The notes below the pieces were generated by a model that was not told the DNA's origin, did no database searches, and saw only the letters and a list, made by a program, of their open reading frames with translations. The translations under genes were made by a program, and so were the position numbers. A stretch of DNA of 63,930 nucleotides, the filler included, from Squatina squatina (Eukaryota): assembly GCA_031763465.1 (NCBI GenBank). It is 4 parts of 4 records of this genome, joined end to end, with 100 filler letters (N's around TTAATTAATTAA, not from the genome) between each part and the next. Parts side by side here need not be neighbours in the genome. Positions count along the whole stretch, not along the records: positions 50,838 to 63,930 come from JARFOE010000016.1; 3 more parts are not named here. One strand, 5' to 3'. This document shows, one piece after another, positions 50,838 to 63,289 of the stretch (positions within the stretch are counted from its first letter, which is position 1; each line of letters begins with the position of its first letter).

Positions 50838-51289
50838 CATTAGAATGAAAATCCTAGTCCCTCTTTGTCATGGACTTTGGCAGTATTTGACCAAGCACTC
50901 CTTTAATCGAACTTTGCTAAGAAAACCTGGAAGTTTAAATTTTAAAAATTGCCACTTGTACATTGAGAGACTGTAATTATGGGGCACTGCAGCTGTCACC
51001 ACACACTATTCATGGAAACATGATGCCCTTATTAAATAACTTACATCATTGGGACAGCTAAGGACTAACTACTGGATAATAATAAAGACCTGAAATATTA
51101 CCCTCATTTCATGACTAGTTTAAGTCCTCAGGTTTAATTCCAAAGTAGATTCTAATTGCACAAATAGTTCTTAAAGCAAGTCAGTTGTGTTGTCTGATAC
51201 TCATTCTTTATATCTTTACTTAGTTAAAAATGAATTGTGTAAACTGGTGTTGCAACACAGCATACCTTCATGTACAGACTTATCCCAAT

Positions 51290-51895
51290 CATCAAGACTG
51301 CTTATTTCTACCTCAGCAACATCTTGCACCTCCGCCCTACCTCACTCCCAATGCTGCCAAAACCTTTAACCTTGCATTTGTCACTTATAGACCTGTATCT
51401 CTTTGTTGACCTCCTATCCTTCAGCCTCAATAAACTCCAACTGTTTCAAAACTCCACCACCCACATCCTGTCCAGTGTGCCCAACACATCCAACCTTGCT
51501 GACCTGCATTGGCTTCTATTCTCCAATGCATCAAAACCTCATCCTCATTTTCAAGTCTCTCCATCACCATAACTCATCCTCGTCCATAACCTCTTCCAAC
51601 CTTACATCCCTACAGTAACCTTAGGTCCTCCAAATCTGTTTTTTGGCCATCCTTTTTGACCTTACCATTGGTGGCAGAACTTGCAGCTGCTTCAGCCCTG
51701 TTCTCCAGAACTCCCTTCTTCCATCTCTCTATTTCTCCCTCCGCCTTTAAAAGCCTTTTTGCGACACATCTCTTGTTTATGGTCATCTCTCCTACTCTCA
51801 CTCGATACCTTAGTATCCGATCCTCTTTTCCTCTCTGCAAAGTGCCTTTGTATGTTTGAAATTACTACAGGCACTACATAAATGCAAGTTGTTCC
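51290..51895 (+). mobile_element. Decayed L2-type LINE 3' region
   Basis: KTAYFYLSNI, KLQLFQN and LHWL motifs, ending in an actacataaatgcaagttgtt tail. Confidence 0.75.
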
Positions 51896-53242
51896 GCTGT
51901 TTACAAAACATTAACATCTCACTTGCTTCTCAATCTTAAACAGTTTATTTGGATGAGTTCCACAGACTGTAGGCCCAACACTTCTCCACAGGGAAGGAAA
52001 GCTGGTGACATGTCACCTCAGGCCACTTACAGAACTTCTGATGAGCAGCTATGCTGCAGAATTGGCAGCAGCATGCTGAGAACCTGCCCTTTTGTTTGTG
52101 GACTCGGAGAGTGTGGTGTCAATAGGTAGGATTCTAAAGCAGGAGAGAAAATTACTCTTACTTAAAATAACAGATGCAGTCTGTTCCACTCTGGTTAAAG
52201 AGAATTTATTTTATAAAGCCAAATTTCCCTCTCTTCAATTTGGTTAATTTTCATTTTGTTGTACAATTTTGATGATTGTATGTAAATTTAAAATCTTTAA
52301 GCATCTCTTCACCTTTGCTATTGGAAATCTGCTAAGCTTTCACAAGGGGTCAGTTTGACACTTCATTATTCATTATGTCAAAGTTCATTAAATTGTGCCA
52401 CTTTCGATATAGAGCAATATGTTTCTAAACAAGCTTTTGTACTAAAGAATACATAATCTGCACCTTCTTAAACCCATGACCCCGGTCAAATATATGTATA
52501 TTGTGGAAAAACATTAATCATCTTGAAGTATAATGAACTGTTTAAAATTAACATGCAAAATAATTCATGCATATACACTGGGAAAAACTTAAATTATCTA
52601 CATACTTCTTCGCACGTGTAAGAAGACAAACTTCAAATAGTTAGCACAGCCTTGTCACTGTTGTTTAAAGCGGAATATACTTGTGTGTTAATCGCCTGCT
52701 GGGTGGAGGTAGGTAACCTGTCCTTTGATCAAAGGGACAAGTGATGGTTTTACTTTACATCCTGTCTCTCTTTAAACTGACCCATTGCTGCAGGGATAAA
52801 TTTCAGGATTTCTCTTTATACTGAGTATTTTGTTACTTATTGCATACCATCACTCAAGGCATCAGGGTATAATCCAAACACGGTTTGGGGTCCTTTCACA
52901 TGATGGCCATCAAAATGTTACCAATTCACATCAACCCTAAAGGATTTCAAATGTTGAAAAGGGACTAGCTCCTTTCGTTGGCCAAATTGTAAAAGCTTGT
53001 TCAGAAATTTGTTTCTCTTTTGTTTACATTTCCAACATCTATGTTTACTAGTGCAATGTTTAAATCTTGAGTAACAATCAAGTAGGTTAAGCATTTATTG
53101 CTGAAGGTTTCAAAGAGTTTAGAGAATAAAATGTTAAAAGCTACTCCTGCAGTAAAACTGCACACTCCCTAATCTGATAATGACTGGTATAAACGGGCCA
53201 GCCAACATGGCAATGAATTCTTGGAACCCAGTTCATAATTAC

Positions 53243-53769
53243 AGCAGAGGCAGAGGGACGGTGGGGGAATGGAGCAGAGACAGAGGGACACGGGGGGAAT
53301 GGAGCAGAGACAGAGGGACAGGGCGGGAATGGAGCAGAGACAGAGAGACACGGCGGGAATGGAGCACAGACAGAGGGACAGGGGGGGAATGGAGCAGAGA
53401 GAGAGGGACGGGGAGGAAATGGAGCAGAGACAGAGGGACAGTGGGGGGAATGGAGCAGAGACAGAGGGACAGGGAATGGAGCAGAGACAGAGGGACAAAG
53501 AATGGAGCAGAGACAGAGGGACGGGCGGGGAATGGAGCAGAGACAGAGGGACGGGCGGGGAATGGAGCAGAGACAGAGGAACAGGGAATGGAGCAGAGGC
53601 AGAGAGACAGGCAATGGAGCAGAGATAGAGGGACAGGGCGGGGAATGGAGCAGAGACAGAGGGACAGGGAATGGAGCAGAGACAGAGGGACAGGGAATGG
53701 AGCAGAGACAGAGGGACGGGCGGGGAATGGAGCAGAGACAGAGGAACAGGGAATGGAGCAGAGGCAGAG
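53243..53769. repeat. Purine-rich minisatellite (about 25-31 bp units), continuing into a gap
   Basis: About 18 tandem copies of GGAATGGAGCAGAGACAGAGGGAC with a variable short G-rich linker. Confidence 0.95.
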
Positions 53770-55180
53770 NNNNNNNNNNNNNNNNNNNNNNNNNNNNNNN
53801 NNNNNNNNNNNNNNNNNNNNNNNNNNNNNNNNNNNNNNNNNNNNNNNNNNNNNNNNNNNNNNNNNNNNNCCAAGATTAAACACTGATTCAAAATGAGTCT
53901 CTACAAGAATCTCTAGTTTCACAGACCATAAAAACCCCTGCACAAGCAACATCAAACTGTCAAAACAAATTCGTATTAAAATTCTCGGGGAGTACAGAGA
54001 CAGATGTCTATAGTAACTTTGGTTCATCTGTGTTTTCTTTCATTTAGATTCAATTACCAAAAGAGCCAGGCAATTTGAATTAATTAGTGATTTTTGCAAT
54101 AGTGCAATCTTTATTTTTCATATGTAGCATTTATAAATTAACTGTAAGTCACCCATTCATTCTATTCAAACATTCAGTTTTCCCGACAAGTTGTTGAGCA
54201 AAAGTACTTCTCAATTAACTTAATTTCCATCTTTTCAGGTCAATATGAAAGTTGCTAAGAAATGATGTGCATTGGCTTTTGAACACAGATGTGTGAAATT
54301 GATGCAAACATCAAACTTTTTTGATTTGATGGAACATTACTTTCAAAAATATACAGAACTTGACTCAGTACATCATTTCAATGGAATTTTAGGCAGAACT
54401 ACTTAGTATCTGTCACTATATCATATTGTGCAAAACCCGCTGTGCTGTTTTGTTCACACAGCATCTCAATACAGCCTCTGCTGATCAAGTAGAGAACAAA
54501 AAGCAATTATCTGGGTACAAATCTGTGAGGGAAATGGTCATCGGCTTGATCAGGTTAGGGTTAAAAGTTTGTAGCTGCTGAGAACCTTCCCTAAGAAGTA
54601 GTGTGTTAACAACCTAGCTTTCGAAGTCTTAGCCCAATTTTCCTTATGCTGACCTTTACTCCTTTCTTCCAAACCAGTTTCCTCACATTCCTCCAGTCTG
54701 GAAAATTGGTGATGAATTCTACCCCTGATTTCAAAAGCAATATTGCTTTATAGCAAATGCAAGGATCTCTCACCTGGAAGCTCCACGCATAACAACTTAT
54801 TTAGCTAATAGTAAATGTTATGCATAGATCTTCACTAGAATGTGTAGGTATGGGTGTGTAGTTTAATTGTTATGCTACCAAGGCCTTAAGTATCACATCA
54901 CTTCTAACAATATGAATAAAAGTAAAATTCTACTATTGTGAATAATTTCTCATCTGCACTGCTACAAAATCAGTTTCAAATTCATGTTTCTTTAGAAGGC
55001 AATGTGGGCAGAGAGAGATGGTGACACAGAGACAACAAACGGTAGGACACACACAAAGAAACATTGCACAAAGAGCAGAACATTTGAGAATTACAGAGTC
55101 CAGTGCAATCTGATCTGAGAAGAGAAAATCCAGGCTCTCACCCCTCAGAACAAAACTGTAGCTTTGGTTCATGTGTACTG

Positions 55181-55207
55181 TTACGCCCATATGCCCTCCT
55201 CATCATC
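55181..55207 (-). CDS. ERC2: ERC2/CAST terminal coding micro-exon (PDZ ligand IWA*); whole exon 55142-55207
   Basis: AG acceptor, then DDEEGIWA-TAA, 39 nt of UTR and a GTGAGA donor. IWA is the RIM-PDZ-binding C-terminus of ELKS/CAST proteins. Confidence 0.92.
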   Translation of the reverse strand, partial: DDEEGIWA

Positions 55208-55529
55208 CTATTGGCCGATATGTTTGAGGACATGCATGGCAGCATTGGAATGAAACAAAGAGAGGGTTAGTCAGTTTGACGCATTAGGACATTTTTATCT
55301 CTGTTGGTAGAAATGTGAGTTTGTTTAAAATAGACAGCCTGCAGCTTCAGTACAAAGACAAACAAACATACAGATTGTCTACAGANNNNNNNNNNNNNNN
55401 NNNNNNNNNNNNNNNNNNNNNNNNNNNNNNNNNNNNNNNNNNNNNNNNNNNNNNNNNNNNNNNNNNNNNNNNNNNNNNNNNNNNNCACAGCTCTCTGGGG
55501 TAAAGAATTCCAAAGATTTACAACCCACT

Positions 55530-56490
55530 GTCCCTTTTATTCCATGGGTTCAATTTTGCTGGCAAGCCTATTATGTGGCACTTTATCAAATGCCTTTTGG
55601 AAGTCCATGTACACCACATCAACCTCATTGACCTCATCAACCCGGTTACCTCATCAAAATGCTCAAATTAAGTTAGTTAAACACAATTTGCCTTCAACAA
55701 ATCCATGCTGGCTTTTCTTAATTAATCCATACTTGTCCAAGTGGCTGTTAATTTTGTTGCTGATTATCGTTTGAGCTTCCCCACTACCGAGGTTAAACTG
55801 ACTGGCCTGCAATTGCTGGGTTTATCTTTACACCATTTTTTTGAACAATGGTGTAACATTTGCAATTCTCCAGTCCTCTGGTGTCATCCTCGTATCTATG
55901 GAGAATTGGAATATTATGGTCAGTACCGCCCCGATTTCCTCCCTCAATTCCCTCAGCATCCTCGGATGCATCCCATCCACTCCTGGTGATTTATCTACTT
56001 TAAATATAACCAGCCTTTCTAGTGCGTCCTCTTTATCAAATCAAGTGTCTCCACCACCTCCTCCTTCACTATGTCTATGCAAGCATCCTTTTCCTTGGTG
56101 AAGGCAGATGCAAAGTACTCGCTCAGTCCCTCAGCCACACCCTTTGCATCCATGCATGGGTTTTTGGCCCCTCATCGGCCCCACCCCTCCTCTTACCACC
56201 CGTTTACTATTTATATGCCTATAGAAGACTTTTGGATTACCTTTTATGTTGGCTGCCATTCTATTCTCATACTCTCTCTTTGTCCCTCTTATTTTCTTTT
56301 TCGCTTCTCCTCTGGCCTTTAAAAAGATAGCCTGATTCTTAGATGTATATGCAACTTGACATCTGTCATATGCGCTCTTTTGCTGCTTCATCATATTCTC
56401 TTATCTCTTTCATCATCCAGGGATAGTTGTCCTATCCCCCTAGTGGGAATGTACCACGACTGTACCTGAACTATTTCCTCTTTAAATGCA
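55530..56490 (-). mobile_element. Decayed CR1 ORF2 fragment
   Basis: The minus strand carries YENRMAANIKGNPKVFYRHINSKR, NCRPVSLTSVVGK and DVVYMDFQKAFDKVPH motifs. Confidence 0.88.
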
Positions 56491-56770
56491 GTCCTCCGAG
56501 ATCTCTACGTTCCTCCAACTCTGGCCTCTTGTGTATTCCCCACTCCCTTCACCCCACTATTGGTGGCCATGCCTTCAACTGTCTTAGGCCCTAAGCTCTG
56601 GGATTCCCTCCTTAAACCTCTCTCTTTTCCTTTAAGGCCCTCCTTATGATCACCTGTCCTAATATCTCTTTCTTTGGCTTAATGTCAATTTTTGTTGATA
56701 ACTCTCTTGTGAATTTCTTGGAGCATTTCACAATGTTCAAGGTGCTATCTGAATGCAAGTTGCTGTTGAC
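56490..56770 (+). mobile_element. L2-type LINE 3' end
   Basis: Same tail family as 33505-33723. Confidence 0.7.
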
Positions 56771-58789
56771 AATTACTATCCACAGATACTTGGCTGCAGG
56801 GACATCCCAATTTGGTTCATTTGGATTCTTGCAATGGCTTCAACATCCACTTTGCAGTTGGGGCCACTGGATAATTAGCAAGAATGAGCACTCTGGCTGA
56901 CTTTTTTTTCTCCCCTCTCTAATCAAGGATGCTGGGGCCAATTGCATTGCCGTTGTCTAAGCAGTGACTGATCAGCTAACTCAAAGTAGGGTTAGAATTT
57001 GAGAATGTCCTGATTTATGTGGCTCACCGCATTCTTGCTGAACCATAATTTCTATGTCAAATTAACCAGTCTCCTATTACGAAGTTGATAAAAGCATAAA
57101 TTAAATTGTTCATGTTAAATTATTACTGAGGTTTCATTAAATGAACACTTCTTAAATGAGATAAAAGGACCACCATGAATAGCTCTTGGGTCAAAAATAA
57201 TCAGGATGTGACATCAGCATAAGAATGGTCTCTGAGCGCCCTAAATACCTCTGGTGTGTCTCTATGGTGTGCTTTACCCAGCACATAAAGTCCAACAAAT
57301 GTTATTGCTTCTGTAAGCCCTTTGTTCTGTGATTTATGTGCTCTCTCTCATTTCAGCAGTTACTGAGCTTCTCCAAAATAGAAAGAGTGCTCATAAATCC
57401 GTTAACAATTTCTAACGAAACAGTAATGGATTTTGATGATTGTCCAAGCTAATGTTTTATAAAGGGTACTCTTTCACATTCTAATATTAAAAGTGGTAAA
57501 GGTACAATTAGGATGCGCTTTTAAGAGATTTCTTTTTTCCTGCCTGATTGAAAAATATACCCTGTAAAACAAAGGTAATTTCTTATAATTTCTGCGAGAG
57601 TTAATAACTTATTGCTTCTTAATAAAGATCAAGATATTCCTGTTCATACAAAATTCAACAGAGCAAAAAAGTTATAATTACTTACATGTCACAACAGTGT
57701 CTTAAAAATAGATTTAAAGTAGACGCACCAATCTTATTCACTCCAACATATACTTAATCACATTTTGCATTTTGAAACTTTAGACATTTGTGTTCCCATG
57801 GCCACCTGGGCCAAAGGTGAATATTATAAGGAGGATCTTGAGATGGATCTTTAGACATGAATTGTAAGAATGGAGAAATCAATTTAAACATGTGGCTTAA
57901 CGATTTGGACTTTCAACAAGCAGCCGTGTCAAATTGTTGCCTTTAGCTGTAGACTACAAGAACTATGGCACTTCTAGTACTTCACCAAAAAACATGAAGA
58001 TAAACACGTACAGACTTAATCACAGCAGCATTACGAGACGGATGACCCAGCTATGTGCCTCTATGAACACCAACCGCAATTATCTACTTCTGCCACTTAG
58101 CATGGATTGGTAAGTTAATCACTTGCTTCCAGTGAAACAAGTACTGCCCATTTCACACGCTAATACCGATCTTATTACATCCTCAGATCAGTTTGCTTTA
58201 ATCTCCACTCAGAAATTGCAATGGATCTTCTCTTGGCTTTGGTGATTACAATTCAGAATGAGCCCTTTTAATTTTTTTTTGAAAGGGGAGAATTTTTTTT
58301 TTGAAACAGGAATATAAAATAACCTATTATGTACTTGGTCACTGAGTTATCTTTTCAAAGTATGCTAGAATTAAATGAACTAATGTTGCAATTATTAAGG
58401 AGACCCAGAAAATCCTTGGTACTCCCCTCTAAAAATTTCTTTGCCGCTATTCTGAACACCAGAGGAAATGGTGGGACCCAGGAAAGCTCATATTGCTCTT
58501 TTAAACAGGCAGTTATCTGCTGATTTTCTTCATTTTGAAGTTCTGATTAGCAAAAACACTCTCTGCAAACATAATGTTTCAAACCAGTTAATTCTGAAAT
58601 CATTCTACTGTGATTGATGCAGCCAGGCTTCTGCTAAGGCAACTTAAAAGGAGATGTAGAAAGAAGAAATTTCAATATTTTCGATATATAATTCATACCT
58701 ACTAAGAAAACTAGCAAAAGCTGACAAACAATTACAATAAAGCTGACACAGTTTACAAGAAAATCTTGCAGCATAAGAACCTGGCATCC

Positions 58790-59200
58790 AATCTATCCGA
58801 TTATCAAAAGTACCACATAACAGACTTATCCGAAAAATAGAAGCACACGCGACTAAAGGGATGGTGGTAGCTTGGGTACACAATTGGCTAACGGAAAAGG
58901 CGGCAGACAGTAGCGGTGAATGGATGTTTTTCTGACTGAAGATGCAGTGGGGACCCACAGAGATAGGTATCGGGACCACTGATTTTCTTGTTATATATAA
59001 ATTACTTGGATTTGGGGATAGTGAGTAAAATTTTGAAGTTTGTAGGTGATACAAAACTTGGCAAGGTAGTAAATAGTGAGGAGGATAGTAGCAGACTTCA
59101 AGAGAACATATGGTGAAATTGGCAGATGCAATTTAATGCAGATAAGTGTGAAGTGATGCCCTTCAGGAAGAACAATATGGAGAGACAGTATCATCTAAAT
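58790..59200 (+). mobile_element. Decayed CR1 RT fragment
   Basis: KVPHNRL..KIEAH, KFVGDTKL and WQMQFNADKCEV remnants. Confidence 0.8.
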
Positions 59201-59207
59201 GGCACTA

Positions 59208-59326
59208 CAGTAAAAGCTTGTTTATCCGGCATTCTATTAACCGGAAAACTCTTAAGCGGCATTTCAAAAATTCTGGATATTTAAATTTATTGTAACCGCG
59301 ACGGTCTGGCCTTCTGGTTCTCCCTG
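59208..59326 (+). mobile_element. Tc1/mariner Tigger/pogo-like element left end (truncated by gap)
   Basis: TA followed by CAGTAAAAGCTTGTTTATCCGG and a subterminal TTAACCGG, interrupting the CR1 fragment. Confidence 0.5.
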
Positions 59327-59426
59327 NNNNNNNNNNNNNNNNNNNNNNNNNNNNNNNNNNNNNNNNNNNNNNNNNNNNNNNNNNNNNNNNNNNNNNNNNN
59401 NNNNNNNNNNNNNNNNNNNNNNNNNN

Positions 59427-59840
59427 TGGCCTGATCCGGCTGAGGGGCTGCCATTTATCAGCCAACTAATAAGTCGGCCTATTTTAAAAAGAAATGGCAG
59501 CCAGAGGCGTAGACGCTCTCCCCTTTAATGGACCCATTGCAGCGACAGGTTTTCCTGTCACTGCAAATGCCCTGCGCTGCGGCCGCCTCCCGCAGGCGAA
59601 TTTCCCCGTGGGACACAAATGCAGCGATGAGGACTGTGCAGTGCAGTTCGGCGCGCACCTCGATGACATCATGCGCCGACCGCCGCAAAATTCAGCTGGC
59701 CAGGTGCAAAGGTCTTTGCGCCCCAGCTGAATTTCGGGGGAGGCAAGATGGCCGCCTCCCGACACCATTTATTTTTTAACATTCAATTAGCGCCCCTCAG
59801 AGGTGCTAATGGGACGCTAAAAAAGGCCAATTTTGGCCCC
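59427..59840. repeat. GC-rich MITE-like repeat, right part
   Basis: CpG-rich block ending aattttggcccc, which resembles the other GG(G)CC-ended elements in the window. Confidence 0.45.
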
Positions 59841-61362
59841 ATGATGCCCCTCAGCGGTGATGGGAAGGATAGGATATGGGCCTATCAGCACTGGGGTGTT
59901 TGCATGTCTGTAAGTTGGCATTTTTTAATTGGTTCCTGGATGTGTGTCTCTCTCTCTACATCACTTTTTATCTCTCTCACACAGCTATAAGAAAATGTAA
60001 ACTATCAGCCAACTACAGGTAATAACTAGCGCTTTCAAAATGTGCCTCTTTTTTAATTTGAAACAAATTAAGATGAGGAAAGATGAAGAAAGATACTTTG
60101 TATGGCTCTCTCTCTCTCTGGCCTAGAAATCCCTGGGATTAGAAAGGACAGTTGTCTGATTTCTGCTTGAGGTGTGGTGGGGCTGGAATATGGAGTGAAT
60201 CAGGATTACACTGGGATCCCACTCTGTTTATACAGACTTTTAAATTCCAGCTGGAGAACTATGGGTGGATCTTCTGTCCATCACCCATGTCAAGGAGGCT
60301 TTTAAGAGGGGCTTCCAGGTCTACCTGGGACTTCCATTCTTTATACCTTTTGAAGGACCTCAGTGTATTTCATACCAGTTTAAAGTTGGTGTGAGTCTCT
60401 TTGAGGCCTTCTGAAGACTCCAAACCTTCACTAGGATATGGCAACAGATCCCAGAGTGGATTCTTGTCTCTTGACAGAGTGGCTCCAGTGGGAACTGAAT
60501 ACTGGGAAAATAAATTCTTTGGCCATTTAGGCCTCGGGGGACCTCAGGCAGAGCAGTATAATCCATGCCTTACAAGGACAGATAAGTTCAGATAATGGAG
60601 GAAGGCAAAGATAAGGCATTTCCGCAATGTAATGGAAACATGTCAGAATCCTGATAGGAAATACATTAAATAACAAATCACTGACGTTTATCATCAATAA
60701 AATGAAGATCTGAAGAACTGTATTTCTTTTCAGAAAAAGGTCTGTGTTAACCTGACATCTGTTATGCATCCTTTTATCTGTAAAAATAACCTCTGAAGCA
60801 TCCAGATAAGGGAATTATTATTAATCCTTTGTGAACCAAGTTTCATATTAGAGTAGATGTGCATGATCCCATCATGTAGCATGTACAGCAAGTACTTGCT
60901 GGTTTACTAGGATTATGCAACAGTCAGTCCTTCAGTTATGCAATTCCACAGTAAACTGGAAATACTTAACCTCATTTAATTTGATGCAAATATGTGAATA
61001 TTAATCAAAAAATAAATGACATGTTAAAATGTGAACACAAGAAGTATGTTACAGTGCATGCACACAAAACTATACACCATCATTCATGAAGATTGGCTTT
61101 CCCCTTTCTCAAACTTAGTTAGTAGCACTATTCAGATGCCAGACAAGTATAGATAGCAAAGCACTTTCAATTCTTGTAATAAATTTGCCTTGTCGGCGGA
61201 ATTGGAAAGCAATTATGATAAAGTTTGAGATTGTGTCATCAGTGGCTGGCAATACCTTTTCTAATTTGTCATGGATGCAAAATGGAATTTATCAAGTGAT
61301 TGGTGCAAAGTGACCCAACAGAAGAGTGAGGCTATTTAAAGGCAAGATTGTTTCTGACTCAC

Positions 61363-61454
61363 CTGATCAGGAGAGGGTCTATGGTTACTGTGCTGTGATC
61401 TTGCCGGTGAACGATGGTGATGATGATGGTGGTGATGGTGGTGATGATCATCAT
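61363..61454 (-). CDS. ERC2: ERC2 poly-histidine exon (5' part in gap)
   Basis: DD-H11-RSPARSQHSNHRPSPDQ followed by donor GTGAGT. The poly-His tract distinguishes ERC2 from ERC1. Confidence 0.93.
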
Positions 61455-62738
61455 NNNNNNNNNNNNNNNNNNNNNNNNNNNNNNNNNNNNNNNNNNNNNN
61501 NNNNNNNNNNNNNNNNNNNNNNNNNNNNNNNNTCAAAGGCTTGTTATAGGATAAAAGCCAAAATGCTTTTGATATTGAAACCGATCCAAAGCAGAGCCAA
61601 TTACTAAAACAAAAGGAGGAATGAAAAGAACTGCATGCTGGAATTCAGCTTTAATTTGGACTTTCATTCTGTAAAAGCACCGCTGAAGAGAGAGAAGGAA
61701 AACAGTCCATTAACAGCCAATGATTCTCCTCCAAATTATGGCAATGCAACTGATATTCCGGTAGTCATGCAAAAATTAACAATGTTTTAAAAAATCATAC
61801 ATACTTGAAGAAAAGCAACATCTCATTCAAAATGGCAAAAGCTTTCATTTAATCACATTCAAAAGCAAATCCTAAAGGAATTAGATCATCCTGCTTTGGC
61901 AAGTAGAGGTTAACCTGGTTAATAAAAATTAATCCTAGAAAATATTAGCAAGAAAATAATACGGCACAGTTTATTCATTCAGAAAGCTACAATATACAAC
62001 AATAGCTTCTACCATAAGCATTGGGTGTGTATCCNNNNNNNNNNNNNNNNNNNNNNNNNNNNNNNNNNNNNNNNNNNNNNNNNNNNNNNNNNNNNNNNNN
62101 NNNNNNNNNNNNNNNNNNNNNNNNNNNNNNNNNNCACACAATGCTGTGCACCTCCAATTATTTGAATAAAATCATGCTAGTTACTCAGCAAGTTCCAAAT
62201 ATTTGAATTCTCAACGTCAATTAAAACAAATTGCAAAAAACACAGAGCAACAATTCAAACTTTGGTCCAAAATTAAACTTTTATAGTATAGACAATAGTA
62301 CCTGCATTAACAAACTTTTCTAAATGAAAGACAGGGAAGTTTTCCTGGATCATTAATTTGTCTCACTTATATCTGATAGGTTCTTTGAAGGTTTGTGGCA
62401 AACCTGCATGATCTGAAGAACCTGCATGAATGGTACTTTTTTTTTTAACAAAAGGAATTTAAAATGTGATCTTGTAAAGCTGCTTTTACAGGACAGAGGT
62501 CACGATATAGTTCTTTCGCATTTCAACAGGACCATCAAGATATCGTTAGTACATATTAATGTGTACTCCAGTAACAGTCATCATTATATTTTAGGCATTC
62601 CTTTTATGTTTTATTTTATAAATTTAATTGTTATGAATTTATGAATGGACAATTGGCCATAAAATTGTAGAATTAAAAGATGTATTTTTGTTCTCCTGCA
62701 GAATAACTTAACACAACACCAAACACAATGGAACTTGC

Positions 62739-62886
62739 CTGTTGTTTCAGCTGTTGTACTAGTCGGTCCTTCTCACGTTTAAGCGCTATCACTTCATCTT
62801 GTGTCTTTTTCTTTTTAGAGGCAGACAATTCTAATAAGGCGATATTTGCATCCTTCTCACTGATGGCTGCCAGCAGTGCTTCTTGC
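62739..62886 (-). CDS. ERC2: ERC2 coiled-coil exon with GC donor
   Basis: 148-nt exon encoding (K)QEALLAAISEKDANIALLELSASKKKKTQDEVIALKREKDRLVQQLKQQ. Acceptor ttgcag, donor CAG/GCAAGT. Confidence 0.95.
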
Positions 62887-63289
62887 CTGCAACAAAAATC
62901 TCAGTCTGGTTAAAGAACTGTCATAATTATCTGACAATGGCAATGAGGAGCCACATGAGACATTTTATTTCATGTTTATAAATTTCACATGCTGAACAGA
63001 AAATCCCTATTACTATTCATATTTCTTCAAATATATTCATGTTTGGAGCTGGGGACAAAAAGCTATCTGCGGATTTCATGATTATTGTCTCCAAATGCAG
63101 GGCAATACTCCATCCATTCTGTCCCAACAAAGTGCTTCAGCCACAAACTCAGAAGACCAACTCCTGTTGCACCAGTGTGGCATTATTTTCCATAGCAATT
63201 GCATTAGCTTAATCAATGCCAATTTAAGGTAGTGTTGTTCTGTAAGCCCATGTCCACTCGAATCGTGACATGGACTATGGCACAAAACT

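Noticed and set aside
53141-54027. CRISPR-like array, or long repetitive ORFs (MEQRQRD..., LCLCSIP...)
   Set aside because: The linkers are only a few nt and are repetitive, there are no cas genes, and the context is vertebrate. The ORFs are a by-product of a minisatellite.
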